10,456 nucleotides of DNA, taken from IMG/VR virus record IMGVR_UViG_3300000494_000001, positions 1 through 10,456 of that record. One strand, written 5' to 3'. Under the pieces are notes generated by a model. It saw only the letters and a program-made list of their open reading frames with translations, ran no database searches and was not told where the DNA came from. The stretch comes from a virus. The first letter of the stretch is position 1, and every line of letters starts with the position of its first letter. This document shows, piece after piece, positions 1-6,784 of this stretch. The translations under genes and the position numbers were made by a program.

Positions 1-15
1 ACAAAATAATTTCAT

Positions 16-25
16 CAAATATTTG
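16..25. repeat. 10-bp perfect palindrome CAAATATTTG inside the left ITR (mirror copy at 10432..10441)
   Basis: Read directly: the sequence is self-complementary and, being part of the ITR, is present in both ITRs. Confidence 0.85.
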
Positions 26-36
26 CAACTAAAATT

Positions 37-50
37 GTTTCACGTGAAAC
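37..50. promoter_or_regulatory. 14-bp perfect palindrome GTTTCACGTGAAAC inside the left ITR; candidate protein-binding site and/or 3' hairpin of the long transcript
   Basis: Perfectly self-complementary. It lies 1 nt downstream (in transcript sense) of the endolysin stop codon and is followed in that sense by AATTTTAG. An identical copy sits at 10407..10420. Confidence 0.6.
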
Positions 51-51
51 A

Positions 52-654
52 TTATTTATTTTTTACTTCAACTATAAAATTATCATAACCTAATTTTTTT
101 AATTCATTAGATAGTTTAATTGCATTTTCTTTATTTTTAAATGCACCAACTTGAACACGATATAAAATATTATTTTCAGTAGTTTTATTGTTTTTTATTC
201 TATCAATAAATGTATTCCATGTAATAGGTTTACCACTTCTAATATTAGCAGGGCAATTTTTACCACTCCATTTATTATGTTGAACAACATTCTCAATAGA
301 TATATTATGTTTATTCATTAGATATTTTACTAATTCAATAGTATTTTCAATAGTTTTATTAAAATCACCATCACTATTTACACACATTTCAATTCCTATA
401 CTATTTAAGTTACCATCACCCCTGCCATCTCCACAATGCCAACATTGAACACTATCCTCATAATGTTGAATAATCTGCTTATCATCTACTGTATAATGCC
501 ATGTAGCATTACTACCATTATTAATATATTTAGCATGATTTAAAGCATTAGCACCTTTATTTATGTTACCTGTTTCATGTATGGTAATATATTTACATTT
601 ATTAATTCCTGTATAGTGATTTTTATTATTAGATAACATTTTGGTAATTTTCAT
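52..654 (-). CDS. Endolysin: N-acetylmuramoyl-L-alanine amidase (Amidase_2/PGRP fold) with C-terminal SPOR peptidoglycan-binding domain
   Basis: N-terminal motifs ITIHETGN, WHYTVDD, WHCGDG and NSIGIEMC, plus HNKWSGKNC (His-x7-Cys, the Zn-ligand spacing of T7-lysozyme-type amidases). C-terminal YRVQVGAFKNKENAIKLSNELKKLGY is a classic SPOR signature. ATG at 654 follows a GGGGTG RBS and overlaps the upstream stop (TAATG). The last 3 codons and the stop lie inside the ITR. Confidence 0.9.
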   Translation of the reverse strand: MKITKMLSNNKNHYTGINKCKYITIHETGNINKGANALNHAKYINNGSNATWHYTVDDKQIIQHYEDSVQCWHCGDGRGDGNLNSIGIEMCVNSDGDFNKTIENTIELVKYLMNKHNISIENVVQHNKWSGKNCPANIRSGKPITWNTFIDRIKNNKTTENNILYRVQVGAFKNKENAIKLSNELKKLGYDNFIVEVKNK

Positions 655-1667
655 TATACAAACACCCCATTTCTTAATAAATTTTTAATTTCTTCTTGTT
701 CTTGATTAGTTGCATTAGTTTCCAATACTATTTTATCACATTCTATATAGCCTGCATAATCTCCAATTCTACCATATTCAACTACTGAACCACCAAAAAT
801 ATTATTATCTTTAGTATATGGTATATTTCTATTTACTTCTATAAAACATCTATTAATTTTATTCTTATAAACATTACTAATACTATTAATAACATTACCA
901 TTAGATTTTTGAATAAATGGTATATTCATACCTATTAAGCCTTGAACACTTGCAACTATTTCATTATTAAAACTGCTTTTAATATTAGCTGTTAAAGTAC
1001 CACTATATAATTCTATGGTAAATGTTATAGTCAATTTTTGTCCTATAACATATTCAGTATTTAGATAAACCTTATCTAAAAATGGTAAATGTAAAATACA
1101 TTCAGTATTAATAAAATCATATATATTATTATATTTTAAAGGTACTTCAATTTCTCCACCGTCAATATCGAATGAATAAGTTGATATTAAGGTACTTTCT
1201 ACCCCACTATCAAAAGTACCTAATAATATATTGCTTTTATCACCTAAAATATCATTAGGAATATCAAAAGGCAATATATATAATGAAGTAATAAACTGTC
1301 CATAATCTACAATTTGCAACCCATCTGTATAAAAGCGTGCTTTAGATAATTCTGTTAGTTCTGATTGATTAGTTTTATATAGATTAACAAAAGTTCCTAA
1401 CTGTTCAACATCTTTAGTGGCAATATAATCATCATCTAAATAAAAATTAAAATTTAAATCACTTGTTCCAATTGATTTTTGTAAATAAGTTCCATAGTTA
1501 TTAATTTCATAAGTAAACCCGCCCCTTCTATAACTATATGCACCCTTAAAAGTATAGCCATCATTAGCAGTTATAATAATATTTTTACCTGCTTCTAAAA
1601 AATCACCATTTGAATAATTACAAGTAGCATTAACAATAGTTCCTGTTATATAAACCCTTCCTGCCAT
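654..1667 (-). CDS. Tail knob/tube protein, C-terminal portion (phi29 gp9-like); may be fused to the upstream ORF by a frameshift
   Basis: C-terminus GYIECDKIVLETNATNQEQEEIKNLLRNGVFV resembles the recalled phi29 gp9 C-terminus ([32 protein letters not shown]). I prefer the ATG at 1667 (MAGRVY...) because it follows an AGGGGG RBS and sits just after the upstream stop. The ORF-track start at 1691 lies inside the upstream gene. Confidence 0.5.
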   Translation of the reverse strand: MAGRVYITGTIVNATCNYSNGDFLEAGKNIIITANDGYTFKGAYSYRRGGFTYEINNYGTYLQKSIGTSDLNFNFYLDDDYIATKDVEQLGTFVNLYKTNQSELTELSKARFYTDGLQIVDYGQFITSLYILPFDIPNDILGDKSNILLGTFDSGVESTLISTYSFDIDGGEIEVPLKYNNIYDFINTECILHLPFLDKVYLNTEYVIGQKLTITFTIELYSGTLTANIKSSFNNEIVASVQGLIGMNIPFIQKSNGNVINSISNVYKNKINRCFIEVNRNIPYTKDNNIFGGSVVEYGRIGDYAGYIECDKIVLETNATNQEQEEIKNLLRNGVFV

Positions 1668-1669
1668 TA

Positions 1670-2101
1670 TTATACGCCCCCTATAGTACATAAAATAGTT
1701 GTTTTAACATCTTCAAAAACAACATTTGAATTATATATATTACTCTCTTTTCTTACTTCACTTGAATAATCAAAATCATAATAATTATTATAATTTGTAT
1801 GTCTTGTAATATTACCGTATGAATTTAATATATCATCTTTAAAACTCATTAGTACATCACATTTTAAAGTTAAATGATATATTTTATTAGGAAATACTTC
1901 AACTGTTTCAATAAAATAATATCTTTTAAATTTATCTATATATACATAATTAAAATTTATTAAATCATCATATTTTAGTACTATTATAGGATTGTAAATA
2001 TTAACTTCATCTTTAAATTTAACATCTATATCAGTAACAAAATCAATAACCTTGTTTATAGTATTTACACTACTTTCAGTATTATAAGCCTTAACAATCA
2101 T
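1670..2101 (-). CDS. Tail knob/tube protein, N-terminal portion (phi29 gp9 N-domain-like)
   Basis: FNYVYIDKFKRYYFIETVEVFPNKIYHLTLKCDVLMSFKDDI parallels the recalled phi29 gp9 N-terminal segment (SYIMFQN..WFYAFVTELEF..VTYVHFEIDVLQTWMFDI). The ORF-track start at 2110 is a GTG. The ATG at 2101 (MIVKAYN) is preceded by a TAGGAGTGG RBS at about 8 nt. Confidence 0.45.
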   Translation of the reverse strand: MIVKAYNTESSVNTINKVIDFVTDIDVKFKDEVNIYNPIIVLKYDDLINFNYVYIDKFKRYYFIETVEVFPNKIYHLTLKCDVLMSFKDDILNSYGNITRHTNYNNYYDFDYSSEVRKESNIYNSNVVFEDVKTTILCTIGGV

Positions 2102-2115
2102 TAATACCACTCCTA

Positions 2116-2156
2116 TATTAAAATAGGGTAGTAGTGATTGTTAATCACCACTACCC
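2116..2156 (-). terminator. Rho-independent terminator/attenuator downstream of the capsid gene
   Basis: In minus-strand sense: GGGUAGUGGUGAU-UAACA-AUCACUACUACCC, a 13-bp stem followed by UAUUUUAAUAU. The one non-Watson-Crick pair is G.U in the minus-sense RNA but A.C in the opposite sense, which supports function in the sense transcript. Confidence 0.6.
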
Positions 2157-2172
2157 AAGTTCAATTTATTTA

Positions 2173-3381
2173 CTACTCCCCATTTACATTTCCATTTTTA
2201 TCTTCATATGCCATAAAGAATACTACAAAATTTTCGTTCAAGTCATTAAAATAACCTGCGTCAAATTTGAAATAGTTGTTGAAAAATTCTGCTTTAGCAT
2301 TATAGTTAGTTGTTACCCTTCTATCCAAATTAGTAACACCTAATGCCTCTCTATCAAACATTACTGCTAAAATACCACTAATATTAACTATTCTATTTTT
2401 AGTTCCATCTTTAGTCAGCTTTACATTGATAGATGAAATATCTTCAAATGAATAGTTTTGTCCACTACCCTGCCAATATGGTATAGTATCAGCTTTAGGC
2501 AACTCAACCAATTCTTTATTAAATGTATTAGCCTGTAGATAAACATTTGCAGCAGCTTTAAAATCTGAAAGCATAACAATATTCAGCTTATCTTTAGGCG
2601 TAAATCTCTCTTTACCACCAACATTAAATAGAGTTGAAATTTTAGTCAGTCTATCAGCATAAAGGTTAATGGTATAGGTAGCATATTTTATAAAACCTTC
2701 ATCTGACAATGCTTTATCTGGCGTCAGAGTAGTTCCGTTCAAATCATTATATTGTTTCAACAGGTTTACTGCTTTAATTCCTGTTTTATCTGCGTATGTT
2801 TCCCCAACACCCAATGGAATATCATGGTAAACAGTTTCAGCAATCATATTATTGATAGTTCTCATAATCAGACTATCAATTTTAATAGTCATGCTGTTTT
2901 CAACTGCATTATAAAGCATTGACAAAAAGCCATTCAATTGATTAGCATTTGTAAAACTTTCTTTAACCTGTCTTTCTGTAAAACTCATAGGTACTTCAAA
3001 AGTAACTCTCTTATTGAAGAATTTAGCACTTACAGAAGGTTTATAAAAAATATCTTGATTATAGGTTTCACCATTTACCAAATCCCAACTATCATTTTCT
3101 ATAGCCTGTGGAATATCTGCCTGTATTTTCTCTAATACACTTCCAAATTCCCAACTGTCCATTAGAACACTAGGAATATTACCGCTATATGGACGGTTAA
3201 CAAAAACAGTTTTACCTACTTTATTTACCAATGATTTTACATAGTTGTCAACACTCACATTATCAAATAGTTCTGTTCCTACATCTACAACATTAGATAA
3301 ATCTTCCTGAAGCAAATCCGATTTTCCCAGCAATTCATTTGTAATACTATTCACCAAATTATAAATTTGTTCAACTTTCAT
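2173..3381 (-). CDS. Major capsid protein (phi29 gp8-like, HK97-fold expected)
   Basis: Size (about 402 aa), its position between the morphogenesis genes and the tail knob, the terminator immediately downstream, and an N-terminal pattern resembling phi29 gp8 as I recall it. The ORF-track start at 3399 is a TTG overlapping the upstream stop. The ATG at 3381 (MKVEQIYN) follows an AAAGGAG RBS at 8 nt. Confidence 0.7.
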   Translation of the reverse strand: MKVEQIYNLVNSITNELLGKSDLLQEDLSNVVDVGTELFDNVSVDNYVKSLVNKVGKTVFVNRPYSGNIPSVLMDSWEFGSVLEKIQADIPQAIENDSWDLVNGETYNQDIFYKPSVSAKFFNKRVTFEVPMSFTERQVKESFTNANQLNGFLSMLYNAVENSMTIKIDSLIMRTINNMIAETVYHDIPLGVGETYADKTGIKAVNLLKQYNDLNGTTLTPDKALSDEGFIKYATYTINLYADRLTKISTLFNVGGKERFTPKDKLNIVMLSDFKAAANVYLQANTFNKELVELPKADTIPYWQGSGQNYSFEDISSINVKLTKDGTKNRIVNISGILAVMFDREALGVTNLDRRVTTNYNAKAEFFNNYFKFDAGYFNDLNENFVVFFMAYEDKNGNVNGE

Positions 3382-3395
3382 CTTAATAACTCCTT

Positions 3396-3941
3396 TCAAT
3401 TTAAAATATTTAAAGTAACAACACTATTTACATCCGTTATCATTATATTATAAATATTAAAATCTGTCAAATACCTATTGACTTTATCATAGAAGTCCAC
3501 TTCTTTTATTTTAGTTCTTATAATTTCTTTATTACCTTCATTACCTGTTACTATGTTTTCAACTGTAGTATTTTCATCATTATTAATAAAATCTTCATCA
3601 TTATAAGCACTTACTTTATTAGTATCAGTTCTAGTATTATCAGTAGTCATATTACTAGTTGATAGTTCTGTAATAGTTTCCTTATAATTTGTTAGTAGAT
3701 TTTCACTATCCAAATAATTTAATATAATGTTATTCCACTTATGCATAAATTGATTATTTAAAATACTAGCAAGTTCATTAAGTTCTAGGTTTTCAACTAT
3801 TTCTGCAACTTCTCTATTGCCATACATATTAATATAGTATTTATCTAGTAACTTACTATCTACAAAATTAAATATATCCTGCCCCGGCTGTAGTTCATCC
3901 ATAGTTTCAAATAGATTAGTTAAACATTCTTTTACTTTCAT
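3396..3941 (-). CDS. Hypothetical morphogenesis protein (candidate scaffolding protein by position directly upstream of the capsid gene)
   Basis: 181-aa ORF with a helical N-terminal half and an acidic, N/T/D-rich low-complexity centre. Its ATG overlaps the upstream stop (ATGA) and follows a TAGGAGTGAG RBS. I recognise no family. Confidence 0.55.
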   Translation of the reverse strand: MKVKECLTNLFETMDELQPGQDIFNFVDSKLLDKYYINMYGNREVAEIVENLELNELASILNNQFMHKWNNIILNYLDSENLLTNYKETITELSTSNMTTDNTRTDTNKVSAYNDEDFINNDENTTVENIVTGNEGNKEIIRTKIKEVDFYDKVNRYLTDFNIYNIMITDVNSVVTLNILN

Positions 3942-4429
3942 CTTCTCACTCCTATTCTTAATTTTCTATTATTAATATCAATCATCATTTTAAATACTTG
4001 TAATTCATTCTTTACCTTTACTATATTAGGTATAAATCTTCTTAAACTATCAGCACTTAAAAAATATGTTAGGAAAAATTCCATGCTTTCAGCTATTTTA
4101 TATAGGGTATATAATTCAGTTGCCATTATTGATAGTCTTTTTAAATCACTTGATAACATATTTAGTTTCATAATCATATCATTAGTTTTATTATTAAATT
4201 CACTAAAAAATATATGAAGTTCAGCCCTGTTTACTTTTAACATTCTATCAAAATTTCTTTTTACTGTATTCAAAGGAAATTCAATAGTAGAAATATATTG
4301 ACTTACAATGTATGCGTTGCTATCATCAACACTATTTAGAATATTTATTAATTGATTTAAACTATTTTCTAATATAGTACATGATGAATAGGATTGATAC
4401 ATATTATTTTTTACTGCTGTTAAACTCAT
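3938..4429 (-). CDS. Hypothetical structural/morphogenesis protein (predicted largely helical; possible head-tail adaptor/lower-collar substitute)
   Basis: 163-aa ORF preceded by an AAGGAGAGGG RBS and translationally coupled to the next gene. I recognise no motif. The functional suggestion rests only on its position after the portal gene. Confidence 0.5.
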   Translation of the reverse strand: MSLTAVKNNMYQSYSSCTILENSLNQLINILNSVDDSNAYIVSQYISTIEFPLNTVKRNFDRMLKVNRAELHIFFSEFNNKTNDMIMKLNMLSSDLKRLSIMATELYTLYKIAESMEFFLTYFLSADSLRRFIPNIVKVKNELQVFKMMIDINNRKLRIGVRR

Positions 4430-4483
4430 TTAGCCCTCTCCTTTTCATCTTCTTCATCTTCTGTTTCTTTATCTTCTGTTTTT

Positions 4484-5467
4484 TCATCTTCTTCCAGCAG
4501 GTGCTTCATCAGCAGGTGCTTCATCAGCAGGTGCTTCATCAGCAGGTGCTTCATCAATGTTTTCTATATTAGTATCTTTATCTTGATTTAAACTAGTTAT
4601 ATAACTAATATTTTCAAGGCTTCTAATATTCCAACTACTATTAAAATCTACTGTTATATCTAAACCAAATAAACGGTTTATTTCTTCTAATGCCCTTCTT
4701 CTACTGTTTAGCATATCATCAACTAATGGATATAAACTATCTGAATTAGTTGTAAATTCTTCTTTAGTAATTCTTTCTTTTTTCATGTTATAGTTAGCAC
4801 TTAAACCAATTTCATTATAAAAACTTGCTTTTATATATTGCTCAAATTCAATTAAATCTCTTAATGTTCCTCTATAATCTGTATTAGGATTGACTTTTAA
4901 GCCATCGAATAATTTAGTTTCAGCTATTACCCCTTGTTTACCATCAAATATATTTTTTAAGAATAGTTCGGCACTCCTAACAGTATTATCATCATTAGCA
5001 CTAATTAAAGTTGTATATCTTTTATTAACATTTGCTAATATCATTGTTATCATATTTTCATTTAGTATAAATGCATATCTTTGAAACAATGGTAGAAGTC
5101 CAACATTACAACTATCATTACTAATAACAATACAATCTTTATTAATATCTAATGTATTATTATAGTTCAATGCAGGTATAGAAACAGTTGCTTTAGTTGG
5201 TCTATTATATACATCAGGCTCTCCACCTAAACCACCATTTACAACATAAAAATCATTACCAATTTTTAGAAATATAGCAAACCCATTTGTTTGCAATAAT
5301 ATCTCAAGTTCTTTAGAAGGTATTGTTTCTGGTAAATTATTATACTTAAACATAGCATTAGTACGATTAAGCATATAAGCAATAGTATTTTTAATATTTG
5401 TTTCTTTATCCATATAATCAAAATCCCTTGATTTACTGCCTATAAAATACTTATCTACTTTAGCCAT
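4484..5467 (-). CDS. Portal / upper collar (connector) protein, phi29 gp10 family
   Basis: Collinear motif matches to phi29 gp10 as recalled: YNNLPETIPSKELE (W.NLPPTI..LE), GEPDVYN (QRDVYN), ISNDS, LISANDDNTV (LIRANDNNQ), NMKKERITKEE (NLEKKERMVTDE) and INRLFGLDITVDF (INELYGLNVKVKF). The ATG at 5467 (MAKVDKY) follows an AAGGGAG RBS and overlaps the holin stop. The ORF-track start at 5494 lies inside the holin gene. Confidence 0.85.
   Translation of the reverse strand: MAKVDKYFIGSKSRDFDYMDKETNIKNTIAYMLNRTNAMFKYNNLPETIPSKELEILLQTNGFAIFLKIGNDFYVVNGGLGGEPDVYNRPTKATVSIPALNYNNTLDINKDCIVISNDSCNVGLLPLFQRYAFILNENMITMILANVNKRYTTLISANDDNTVRSAELFLKNIFDGKQGVIAETKLFDGLKVNPNTDYRGTLRDLIEFEQYIKASFYNEIGLSANYNMKKERITKEEFTTNSDSLYPLVDDMLNSRRRALEEINRLFGLDITVDFNSSWNIRSLENISYITSLNQDKDTNIENIDEAPADEAPADEAPADEAPAGRR
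4496..4555. repeat. Perfect 15-bp tandem repeat x4 (AGCAGGTGCTTCATC on plus strand) encoding (DEAPA)4 at the portal C-terminus
   Basis: Four identical head-to-tail units at 4496-4510, 4511-4525, 4526-4540 and 4541-4555. The unit length is a multiple of 3. Confidence 0.95.
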
Positions 5468-5669
5468 TTTTTGTACTCCCTTCTTTATTTTCAAGTCTTA
5501 CACATAATTCTTTTAATGTTAATGTATTATTTTCAATTACTTTAGTTAGTTCCTTCATTTGTTTATCATATCTTTCGTCTTGCTTCCAGTTCTGATAGAA
5601 TAATGCTATTGATACGGCAATAGGAAAACCTAGCCCGTTAATTAGTTGCATGATTGTTTCAAAATTCAT
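5460..5669 (-). CDS. Holin-like protein, BhlA/UviB family
   Basis: 69 aa with a single N-terminal TM segment (GLGFPIAVSIALFY) followed by a charged coiled-coil tail. The LFY...K...E.Y pattern and the roughly 70-aa length match BhlA/UviB holins of Bacillus and Clostridium elements. RBS is AGAGGGA. Confidence 0.6.
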   Translation of the reverse strand: MNFETIMQLINGLGFPIAVSIALFYQNWKQDERYDKQMKELTKVIENNTLTLKELCVRLENKEGSTKNG

Positions 5670-5681
5670 TTAAATCCCTCT

Positions 5682-6782
5682 TTATAAGTTTTTACATATT
5701 TTTAGGTAGTTGTTAATAGCATCCCCAACTTCATTATTTTGATAAAATACTTTATCATTAACAAAAAACCATAATAATCTTTTCTGTAAAGTATTTATCG
5801 GCTTGTATATACTTCTATTATAATTCAATTTATGAGAAGGTTCAAGGCTATAAATTAAATCATTATCTTCATCTTGTATATCTGTAGTTTTAATATGAAT
5901 ATAGGTAAACATTTCGCCATCAACTTCTATGACATTACATTGATATATTTTATCATTAAATTTTATAAAATACCTAAATAAAACATCTTTAGGCTTATAT
6001 TTTACGGGTAAATGAGGATATAGATTTAATTCCCATGCCCCGCTTGTAATCATGTTTAATTTAGGATTGTTAAAGGCAAAATAATAATTATTTTCTTTAC
6101 TGCCTTTCATACTTTCACAATATTCAACTGCTACTGTCAATTCACTTGTTCCATAAGTATAAACATCTATAGTACCTTGTTTCATTTTATCAATATGCGT
6201 TAAACCCATTTCAGCAAAATAAGGGCAATATTTATTAACTGTATTGCCCAACATAAAGATTTTTACATTAGTTCTTTGTCTTATTATTGTGCTAATTGTA
6301 TTCATAAATAATACAAACTCATCTTGTAAATAGGTAAATTTAGTTAGAAATTCATCAAATAATATAGTAGTAACTCTAGGATATGATATACTTTTATTAT
6401 GTTCTGTATCTGATAAAGCAAAAACATAACCTATACAATCATTATCAGAATATAAAGGTTTTCCATTATCAGCATATTTACAAACATAGAATTTACCTGC
6501 ATAATAAGTAATACCTTCATATTCTCCATTACTTGCTTTTTTCACTTCTCCATTATAATTTAAGGCACTAAACATATCACTAGCCCTTTTACCTGTAATA
6601 TCTTCCTTCCACCTTCTTATAATTGCCATTTGTCCACCTGTTTTAAAATATTGTTCAATACCATATTTTAAAACTGCATAAGTTTTACCATTACTTCTTT
6701 CACCAAATATAACATTGTAAACACAATTCTTTCTTAAAATATTATCTAAACTATAATATTTTAGTTCCTGTTTTCTAGCCAT
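5682..6782 (-). CDS. DNA encapsidation (packaging) ATPase, phi29 gp16 family
   Basis: Walker A is FGERSNGKTY and Walker B is VTTILFDEF, followed by IFMLGNTVN..PYF. These are collinear with phi29 gp16 (GARGIGKSY / STIVFDEF / CLSNAVSVVNPYF, as recalled). Confidence 0.9.
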   Translation of the reverse strand: MARKQELKYYSLDNILRKNCVYNVIFGERSNGKTYAVLKYGIEQYFKTGGQMAIIRRWKEDITGKRASDMFSALNYNGEVKKASNGEYEGITYYAGKFYVCKYADNGKPLYSDNDCIGYVFALSDTEHNKSISYPRVTTILFDEFLTKFTYLQDEFVLFMNTISTIIRQRTNVKIFMLGNTVNKYCPYFAEMGLTHIDKMKQGTIDVYTYGTSELTVAVEYCESMKGSKENNYYFAFNNPKLNMITSGAWELNLYPHLPVKYKPKDVLFRYFIKFNDKIYQCNVIEVDGEMFTYIHIKTTDIQDEDNDLIYSLEPSHKLNYNRSIYKPINTLQKRLLWFFVNDKVFYQNNEVGDAINNYLKICKNL

Positions 6783-6784
6783 AA

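Larger units (their letters stand above)
1..62. repeat. Left inverted terminal repeat (62 bp)
   Basis: ACAAAATAATTTCATCAAATATTTGCAACTAAAATTGTTTCACGTGAAACATTATTTATTTT is the exact reverse complement of 10395..10456. The match breaks at position 63 (t) versus 10394 (c). Confidence 0.95.

Noticed and set aside
2134-2343. Plus-strand ORF, 69 aa
   Set aside because: It lies antisense to the capsid gene and its terminator. The sequence is low-complexity and I/F/Y-rich, as expected from reading AT-rich coding DNA backwards. It has no RBS and the capsid call on the opposite strand is strong.
2938-3135. Plus-strand ORF, 65 aa
   Set aside because: It lies entirely antisense within the capsid gene, has no RBS and its composition is an antisense artefact.
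1668-3399. Longer ORF-track starts (1691 ATG, 2110 GTG, 3399 TTG; also 5494 ATG for the portal)
   Set aside because: Each extended start lies inside or overlaps the preceding gene and lacks an RBS. A downstream ATG with a well-spaced GGAGG-type RBS sits just after the upstream stop in each case. I therefore used the shorter coordinates, although the 1691 frame overlap matters for the frameshift hypothesis.
4403-4487. Mini-ORF MKKQKIKKQKMKKMKRRGLNEFNSSKK (27 aa, minus strand) starting at an ATGA overlap with the portal stop
   Set aside because: It shares the AGAAGATGAAA junction seen at 3938..3941. However, it uses codons that are disfavoured elsewhere in this genome (AAG, CAG, AGG, GGG) and has only a weak GGAAG RBS. 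It runs across the RBS and start of the 163-aa gene. Purine-rich low-complexity DNA is open in several frames by chance, and the acidic +1 reading fits better.
4496-4555. Possible CRISPR-like or regulatory repeat array
   Set aside because: The units are 15 bp and directly abutting with no spacers. They are in frame within the portal ORF, so this is a coding tandem repeat rather than a CRISPR array.
4381-4572. Plus-strand ORF, 63 aa, with repeats FIFCF and QQVLH
   Set aside because: Its repeats are simply the antisense reading of the portal 15-bp tandem repeat and the purine-rich spacer. It spans two minus-strand genes and their RBS, so it is not credible as a gene.
4890-5084. Plus-strand ORF, 64 aa
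   Set aside because: It lies antisense inside the well-supported portal gene and has no RBS.
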